Of a DNA stretch of 16,340 bases, positions 9,089 through 16,340 are shown in pieces. Position numbers and translations under genes: made by a program. The notes beneath the pieces were generated by a model. It made no database searches, was not told the DNA's origin, and saw nothing but the letters and a program-made list of their open reading frames with translations. Position 1 is the first letter of the stretch, and each line of letters starts with the position of its first letter. Source of the stretch: Octopus sinensis. Lineage: Eukaryota. Where the stretch lies: NCBI RefSeq assembly GCF_006345805.1, contig NW_021825259.1, positions 1 to 16,340 on the forward strand. Reading direction: 5' to 3'.

Positions 9089-9717
9089 ATTTTGGAACTG
9101 TGAATCTTGAATAAGATAAAGCTACAAACAATAGTGTATAAATATTAGGTTTAAAAAACGCCCTTTGAATAGAAAACGTTGAAGGTTTTTCTTTGGTTTT
9201 AGAATTGATAGTGACTTTGAAGTATCACTTCAACCAGTTTGCCATACATCACTAAGCATTATTCAAATATTTTTTATTCTCAGCATCAAATTCCTTGTAT
9301 TCCATTACCAAACAAAGACAAATTCAAAGACAAAATTACTCCATCCTAAAATCTGTGAAATTTTGAGAAATCTTCAAAAAATAACAATGAAGAAATGGTG
9401 TAATAATCAAATAGATTGTTTCTGATGCAGAAAATGGCACATTGTGAAAAGAAGTGTAAAAATAGGGCAGCGAGATTTCAATACATCATCAAGGAATATC
9501 AATACTGCAAAATACCGAATTCTTTAAATGGCATTAATCATAATTTATCTTTTTCATTCCTTTTTTTTTTAGATTTTTTTTTTGAAAATGTATTTTTCGT
9601 TTCTTCCAGTTTTAAATAATAAATAATATTATCTTTTTGCTGAGATATTTTTCTGCGGATTCTGTGTTTTTCAAAAGTAAATTTAATTTGTTAGTTTTTC
9701 ACGCTCGTATGTCCATA

Positions 9718-9989
9718 CTCACACATACACACACATATGCACATACACACATATATACATACGCATGCACACATACATATGCATGTACATACACACACAC
9801 ACATATGCACACATATGCATACGCATGCACACAGACGAACATATGCATGCACATACACACAGACATACACACACGAACATATATACACACACATGATATG
9901 TACATATATATGTGTGTGTGTGGAGATATATGTGTATGTATGTATGTATCTATCAATATGCATGTGTGTGTGTGCGTGTATGTATAAAG

Positions 9990-10036
<47 letters not shown>

Positions 10037-10037
10037 A
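9718..10037. repeat. (CA)/(TA) compound microsatellite followed by (GAAA)n
   Basis: Direct reading. Confidence 0.93.
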
Positions 10038-10284
10038 GGAGAGTGTGTAAGTAAATTTGAATTTAATAATAGGTTTTGACTTTGAATATTTTTCATTTTT
10101 AATGAGTTGTGATATGTTTACTCTGTGAAAAAAACTTCAAATAATATTTAGTGAAATATTTATTTTTGAAATATAAATTTTAAATAGCGTTTTGTTTTAA
10201 GATGAGTTAATTCCATAATATTTAGAAATGAATTTATTCTGCTAATATTTTAGATGATCTTTAGCGATGTGTTTAGTCAGCCTG

Positions 10285-10579
10285 TTTGTTCCTTCTCGAG
10301 CCATTCCTGGCTCATAAGGGTTGGTTTCCCGGTTTCTTGGCGTACCCACCTGGACGGGACACAGGTCCATCGCAGGTGAGCTGCAAGATGCTGGAAGAAA
10401 GAGTGAGAGAAAGTTGTGGCAAAAGAGTCAGCAGAAGTCTTGCCATTACCTTCTGCCGGATCCGCATGGAGCTTAGGTGTTTCGCTCATAAACACACACA
10501 TCGCCCGGACTGAGATTCGAACCCACGATCCCTCGACCGCGAATCCGCTGCTCTAACCACTAGGCCATGTGCTTCCACA
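10285..10579 (-). mobile_element. Young full-length tRNA-derived SINE with 13-bp TSD
   Basis: Minus strand: A box TGGCCTAGTGG, B box GGTTCGAATCT, (AAC)-like tail. Perfect direct repeat TTTAGTCAGCCTG at 10272-10284 and 10580-10592. Confidence 0.93.
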
Positions 10580-10712
10580 TTTAGTCAGCCTGCATAAACT
10601 TGGAATAAGAATTTGGTGCTTTATTTAGTCTGTAAATAGAAACTTTAAAATAATGTATAGCGATGTATTTAGTCTGCCATTCTAAACTTTAAAATAATAT
10701 TCAGTTAGTATT

Positions 10713-10932
10713 CGTGGCCGATGCCAGACTCCCCTAGCACCTGTGCAGGTGGCACGTAAAAAGCACCCACTACACTTGCGGAGTGGTTGGCATTAGGAAG
10801 GGCATCCAGCTGTAGAAACACTGCCAGATCAGACTGGAGCCTGGTGCAACCTTCTGGTTTCCCAAAACCCGGTCGAACCGTCCAACCCATGCTAGCATGA
10901 AAAGCGGACGTTAAACGATGATGATGATGATG
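10713..10932 (+). mobile_element. RTE 3' UTR fragment with (GAT)n tail
   Basis: Matches the other RTE tails in the window. Confidence 0.9.
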
Positions 10933-10999
10933 TACTCACTCTGTGATAAAAATCATGAAAATGAATTTACAAATAACGGTTTTGCATGTTGTATTCTTT

Positions 11000-11352
11000 C
11001 ATCATCATCATCGTTTGCGTCCGCTTTCCATGCTGGCATGGGTTGGACGGTGCAATTGGAGTCTGGGAAGCCAGGAGACTGCACCAGGCTCCAGTCTGAT
11101 CTGGCAGAGTTTCTACACCTGGATGCCCTTCCTAACGCCAACCACTCCAAGAGTGTAGTGGGTGGTTTTTACATGTCACCGGCACAGGTGCCAGGAGAGG
11201 CTGGCAGCGGCCACGATCGGTTGGTGCTTTTTACATGCCACCGGCACAGAAGCCAGTCAAGGTGGCGCTGGCATCGGCCACGTTCGGATGGTGCTTTTTA
11301 CGTTCCACTGGCACAGGTATCACAACTACAATTTCCATTTGATATTTATTTT
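11000..11352 (-). mobile_element. RTE 3' UTR fragment with tandem units and (GAT)n tail
   Basis: Reverse complement matches 705-1019 plus the standard tail. Confidence 0.9.
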
Positions 11353-11479
11353 GTGAAGTAATAATCTTGCGATGAAATCACACATCAATATATTTACTGT
11401 GATGTAAATCTCTGAAAGGAATCTATGGCAGGGACTTTACCAGACACCATTTTTGATGTTCCTATTGAAGATATTTTGT

Positions 11480-11725
11480 AAAGCTTTGTGGCCTAGTGGT
11501 TAGGGTGTTGCATAAATGAGCACCAGATCATGGTTTCAATCTCTAGACAGGGCAGTGCATTTTATACTGCAGCAAAACACTGCATTTCACATTGCTTGGG
11601 TTCAATCCACATGATTAATCCCTCATCAGACTGGCATCTCTTTTAGAGGTAGCGTTGTAATCCCTATCACATATGCACCATGGAAACTAGGGGACCAGCC
11701 CTCTGAGCCAGAGAACTCAGGACAG
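11480..11725 (+). mobile_element. Diverged tRNA-derived SINE
   Basis: A box TGGCCTAGTGG (11489-11499), degenerate B box GGTTTCAATCT. The 3' part (GACTGGCATC...GGAAACTAGGGGACCAGCCCTCTGAGCC) resembles the tail of 10285-10579. Confidence 0.65.
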
Positions 11726-11838
11726 TACTTGCTATTCATGATATCGGTGTTGTTCTTGTTGATATTGTCATTTTGACTTTACAGAAACCAAGGGAAAAAA
11801 AGCCATGTGAATCTCATTTTCTCTTTTTCTGCTTTCAG

Positions 11839-11921
11839 CGAACATTTATTCACTGCGGGTCATCCTCAGTGTTGCCATGGTTGCAATAAATTCTAACATA
11901 ACAGCGGACAATGAAACATCA
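11839..11921 (+). CDS. SLC17A5-like: Internal coding exon of an SLC17-family (sialin-like) MFS anion transporter: (x)NIYSLRVILSVAMVAINSNITADNETS
   Basis: Long polypyrimidine tract plus CAG acceptor (11838) and a consensus GTAAGT donor (11922). Only one frame is open. The peptide aligns by eye with human sialin [29 protein letters not shown], including the conserved TM1 Arg and N-glycosylation sequons (NIT, NET). Exact paralog is uncertain. Confidence 0.82.
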
Positions 11922-12016
11922 GTAAGTTTCCCATATTTTTGGCATTTGATATTAATTTTGTTATTATTGTTGTTGTTGTTGTTGTACTGTAGTCGGTTTA
12001 ACCTCTCATGCACACG

Positions 12017-12141
12017 GGATCAATAAAATAGGTACCAGTTGAATACTGGAGTCAACGTAATCAATTTACCCTCTCTTCCAAAATTGCTGGCCTTGTACCG
12101 AAATGTGAAATCATCATTATTATTATTATTATTATTATCAT

Positions 12142-12182
<41 letters not shown>

Positions 12183-12220
12183 TTGTTGTTGTTGTTGTTA
12201 TCATCATCATCATCATCATC
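12017..12220 (+). mobile_element. SINE 3' fragment (family of 12224-12548) with compound (ATT)/(ACT)/(GTT)/(CAT) tail region
   Basis: GTACCAGTTG.ATACTGG.GT..A.GTAAT..A.TTACCC...TTCC..AAAATTGCTGG is shared with ~12355-12412. Confidence 0.8.
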
Positions 12221-12223
12221 AAA

Positions 12224-12549
<326 letters not shown>

Positions 12550-12619
12550 TTTAGTTTGGCTCAGATTTGGTCTTATTCCTGGTAGGATTGACATGGGTAG
12601 AGGGTTACTACCTGTAACC

Positions 12620-13524
12620 TTTGATATCTGCAAATTTCCAACATCTTTCAAGTGCTTAGAACCCTCCTGTTAATCCCTGCTGTAATATTACAGTTAGCTG
12701 CTGCAAGGGTAAAGGCAATATTTGAAAGACCCCTTGCTGTACCCTTATTTATGCACTAAATCCATTACTTTACTCATAGCCAACTCTCATCCATGGCTTG
12801 TACTGCTCTAACAAGCCATTCACTTTCTTTTAACATCCTTACAGACCACCAGATAATAAAGCAAAGGCCTCTGTCAAAATCCTTCTCTTGGTCAATGAAA
12901 GCCAAGTACAGAGCTATACTTTACACAAAATACTTCTCTTGCAGATGTCTCACAAGGAAGATTGCATCTCTGGTACGTTTCCCAGGCACAATCCCAAACT
13001 GCATCACTTCATCTAGTTTAATTCTGTTCCTAATCAATTCAGTTATAACTCTTTCTCTCAGCAACTTCCAAGACTTCGTCCAGCACTTAGATATCTCTGT
13101 AGCTGTTTCTATTTATGGCATCACCTTTACCCTTGCAGCAACTGACTATAATCCTACAACACCAGTCATTCGAAAGGATGATGTCTCCCTGGACAACCTG
13201 ATTAATTACACAACTGACAAGGCCGTATCCTACTCCGCCAAATACTTTAAGCATTTCAGTAGCAAAACCTGATGGTCCGGGAACTTTTCCTATCTTCTTA
13301 ACCTTAATTGCCTTATCTGTTATACTGCTGTCAATTCTGATGGCTGGTCCCTCGGATGGTTTTATATTTGAAAGGCTCTCCTTCTCCCATGGATTTTTCA
13401 CATTTAGTAATCTTTCATAGTGACACTTCACTTCCATACATCTTTCTTCTCTGAATTACTAAGTGCAAGCGTACCATTATCCATTTGCACACATTTCTCA
13501 CCTACCACATCTCTAATCTCTCTG
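12620..13524 (-). pseudogene. Decayed RTE-clade LINE reverse-transcriptase fragment
   Basis: Translates (with stops and frameshifts) as HYERLLNV...GPAIRID...GKVPGPSG..TEMLK...NDW...GKGDA..RNSYRDI, then MQFGIVPGKRTRDAIFLVRHLQEKY...LYLAFID.EK.FDR and a remnant WKFADI for the YADD motif. Confidence 0.93.
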
Positions 13525-13595
13525 ACACACACACACACACACACATATGTACATATTATGTTTATTGTAGCATGTGTGTGCATGTGTGTCCCTGA

Positions 13596-13630
<35 letters not shown>

Positions 13631-13929
13631 CATTGCCTCAATCATTACACCAACAGATTGTCGTTGAGAAGCTACAGCTAAATCTCCACTTTACTGGGTT
13701 GGCCTGGAAACGTGTATAGATTAATGATATTCGTTGTTATGGACGGTGTGTGTGTGTATACATGTGTGTGTGTGTGTGTGTGTGTGTCTCACGCTAGTAA
13801 AACAGAGATACAAAGACTGGAAAGAAGCCATATGAGTTTTTATGGTCTTCATGTCAGCTACAGTTAGATGGATACACAGATAGATCTGCAAAGAGAGATT
13901 GAGTGATAAATATTAATAGAATATAAGCA

Positions 13930-13989
13930 TACATACGCATACGATACATGTTTATATGTGTGTATATATATCTATATCTATATAAATAA

Positions 13990-14029
<40 letters not shown>

Positions 14030-14109
14030 TTATATAAATATATATATATATATATACTAAAATATATATATGTATGTGTATATATGTGTATATCTATATA
14101 TATATATAA

Positions 14110-14140
<31 letters not shown>

Positions 14141-14201
14141 ATATGTATGTTATATATTATATATAAATAAATATATATATGTATGTGTATATATGTGTAT
14201 A

Positions 14202-14248
<47 letters not shown>

Positions 14249-14361
14249 AGATAAGATATAGATAATATGTATGTATATATATATATATAATATATATATA
14301 TATATATGTGTATAGATATATGTGTATTATATGTATATATATATATATATATTATATATAT

Positions 14362-14438
<77 letters not shown>
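13930..14438. repeat. ~500-bp (TA)n-rich array
   Basis: Direct reading. Confidence 0.96.
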
Positions 14439-14441
14439 ATA

Positions 14442-14990
14442 CTGGGTGCGTAAGATATTTGAGGACAGATTTATGTTTATAAAAAACCGGTTATATAATA
14501 AATGATAATAAATTTATTTATCAAAAAATGCTGTGAGTATAAAAATAAACCTTCTCTTCTATAATGTTATTCAATAAACCCACCTCCAATTTCAACAGCT
14601 GCTTCTATATGAGATCTAAATCATCTCCATGCTCGAATCGAGTGGTTCTGATTCATTTAAGACATTACTCCAACTAAGGAAGCTTTGAAAGAATCTTTGG
14701 TCTTATGGGAGTGTTCATTGACCTCTCTCTCAACAACGCTCCACATGTAATAGTCCAATGGATTGAGATCTGGGAAATTAGGAGGCCAAATGTTAGGGGT
14801 TATGTGGTCATGAAAATTTTCAGCCATCCATTTCTGTGTTACTAGAGCCATGTGTGATAGTGCAGAGTCTTACTGAAACACATATGGCCTTCCATTGCAT
14901 ACACTGTCTGTCCAGGGCTTAACTGTTGTTTCCAGGACTTCAGTGTAGGTGGCAGAGTTAACTCTAAGGCCTTGTGGAAAGAAGTAAAGA
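14442..14990 (-). mobile_element. Tc1/mariner DD37D (maT-type) transposon 3' part, transposase pseudogene
   Basis: FFPQGLRVNS...GRPYVFQ*DSALSH...WPPNFPDLNPLDYYMW...GGGFIE* (stop 14567-14569). There are 37 residues between the second and third catalytic Asp. Terminus TA|CTGGGTG at 14440-14448. Confidence 0.9.
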
Positions 14991-15094
14991 GGCATGATGA
15001 TCATAATGATATATATATATATATATATTATATAATATATATATATATATAAATGAAAAGAATAGAGTCGAACGAAGATTTTAACAAAATTCTT

Positions 15095-15180
15095 TACTTT
15101 CAACATATGTTTCAAAGACTGCATACTCTTAATTCTGAAAGAATGAAGGTTGCATTATGCCGTCTTCTCATCAGGAAATA
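15095..15180 (-). ncRNA. Type I hammerhead ribozyme candidate with palindromic stem III (ACAUAUGU)
   Basis: Minus strand: UAUUUC-CUGAUGA-GAAGACGGCAU-[32 nt]-AUGCAGUCUUU-GAA-ACAUAUGU-U-GAAAGUA. All core nucleotides are intact. Stem II has 10/11 pairs; stem I has 4 pairs plus 2 after a bulge. Cleavage triplet GUU. Confidence 0.75.
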
Positions 15181-15345
15181 CAAGGAACCTATATCAGCCT
15201 CAAGACGGACAAAAACTTCTTAATAACTGCCTACATGATTTCCACAGTAACAATGAATAATATATATATATATTACAAATTTACAGAAAACAAAAGATGA
15301 AGACAAGTGTAGGAACAACCAGCATGAGTATTAGTCTTTTGGCAT

Positions 15346-15379
15346 ACCCATGCTAGCATGGAGAACGGACGTTAAACGT

Positions 15380-15425
<46 letters not shown>
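15346..15425 (+). mobile_element. Very short RTE 3' end with (GAT)n tail
   Basis: ACCCATGCTAGCATGGAGAACGGACGTTAAACG then (GAT)n. Confidence 0.85.
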
Positions 15426-15426
<1 letters not shown>

Positions 15427-15612
15427 CGTCTTTGGTTGCTGTTTTGGGGGATTCTTACACAAACTCCAGGATCTTTTATGCAATATTTTTTCATACACAA
15501 TCCATTCTTCACCCCCAGTCACAAGTTGTTTAAAAAAATACATGCTTTCATTCTGTTTCAAAAGCATATCACAAACAAAATACCAATCCGAGCAATTCTT
15601 TTCTTAGAGTTT
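15427..15612 (-). pseudogene. Mariner-type transposase fragment (region around the first catalytic Asp, mutated)
   Basis: EKNCSDWYFVCDMLLKQNE..FFKQLVTGGEEWIVY...KRSW resembles mariner FLKRIVTGDEKWIVY...KRSW. Confidence 0.8.
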
Positions 15613-16123
15613 GTGGTCGCAGAAATTGTCAGACAGCCATGACTGGGTTCTCCTGCTTGTGTGGTATGGTGCAGAGTCCTGTTGCCAGACATAGGGTCTT
15701 CCAGCAGCCACTCTCTTAACCTAGGACAGCACTGCTTCCATCAGGCACTTGATACAGGCCTGTGTGTTGAGTCTGAGGCCATGTGGGAAAATGAATGGAG
15801 GCATAAAGTCGCCATCACAAGTGAGCACTGAAAACATCATGTTGACTGTATTCTTGATTTTTATCACTCTTGGTATATGTCTTCAGACTGACACCTAACC
15901 ACTCTGAAATGTTCGTGTTGGAGCTTCCAATCCGAATGCCAAGCAGCACAGCATGTCGTTTCCAAAATTTCTGGCAGAATGAATTGCGTCATGGTGCTGT
16001 TTTTTTCACAGACAGTGCCCAACTGACCCTACTATACTGTGTAGTCAACAAAATCAAAAACAAGCAATGCATATACACAAAATTAGAAATATAAAATGGC
16101 GACAATTTGCCCATCGCCCCCTG
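15611..16123 (-). mobile_element. Internally deleted second maT-type Tc1/mariner element, 5' part
   Basis: Terminus TA|CAGGGGGCGATGGGC (TA at 16124-16125) and an HTH-like N-terminus WKRHAVLLGIRIGSSNTNISEWLGVSLKT. It then jumps to MPPFIFPHGLRLN...GRPYVWQQDSAPYHT...WLSDNFCDH. Classed as maT by similarity to 14442-14990; the third Asp is absent. Confidence 0.85.
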
Positions 16124-16129
16124 TATATG

Positions 16130-16295
16130 CACACACAGACATAGATAGAGATATCTACACATACATACTCATGCATTCAAATATAAGCTAAGATTTAAAT
16201 AAACAAACCAACTGATGCATGCATGTATGTGTACATATGTGTATGTATGTATGTATGTATGTATGTATGTGTATATATGTATGTATGTATCTATC

Positions 16296-16326
<31 letters not shown>

Positions 16327-16340
16327 CTATCACTCTCTCT
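16130..16340. repeat. (TATG)n/(TATC)n microsatellite region
   Basis: Direct reading. Confidence 0.88.

Noticed and set aside
9610-9663. Possible upstream SLC17 exon (YYLFAEIFFCGF, which would join to SNIYSLRV)
   Set aside because: There is an in-frame TAA at 9624-9626 after the acceptor, the donor (GTGTTT) is weak, and Glu would fall in the TM helix. Probably coincidental, though RNA-seq could recheck it.
11785-11838. Extension of the exon to the upstream acceptor at 11784
   Set aside because: It contains an in-frame TGA (11808-11810), and the intervening sequence is the polypyrimidine tract.
11871-11921. GCCATGG as a Kozak start for a GPCR-like N-terminus (MVAINSNITADNETS)
   Set aside because: The frame is open upstream to the acceptor and matches SLC17 TM1, so the Met is better explained as internal.
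12793-13272. 159-aa plus-strand ORF
   Set aside because: It is the antisense frame of the decayed RTE reverse transcriptase.

Overview
Eukaryotic, AT-rich, largely non-coding DNA saturated with microsatellites and interspersed repeats. The repeat repertoire (tRNA-derived SINEs with internal microsatellites, RTE-LINE 3' ends with (GAT)n tails, Tc1/mariner relics) suggests an octopus/coleoid cephalopod genome; this is inference, not tested. Most ORFs in the supplied track are microsatellite artefacts or antisense frames of repeats. One convincing host exon is visible: 11839-11921 (+), encoding part of TM1 and the glycosylated first loop of an SLC17/sialin-like transporter, so much of the window is probably intronic. 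Mobile DNA includes many RTE 3' fragments, a decayed RTE reverse-transcriptase segment, several SINE families, two DD37D (maT) relics, a mariner relic and a hAT-like MITE array with an 8-bp target-site duplication. The least expected signals, all read by eye, are RNA-structural. There are up to four hammerhead-ribozyme-like motifs of the Penelope/retrozyme type: the best is at 15095-15180, and another lies inside a ~294-bp element with 65-bp inverted ends. There is also a near-perfect 62-bp hairpin made of two head-to-head RTE ends, and an isolated decayed tRNA-like cloverleaf.
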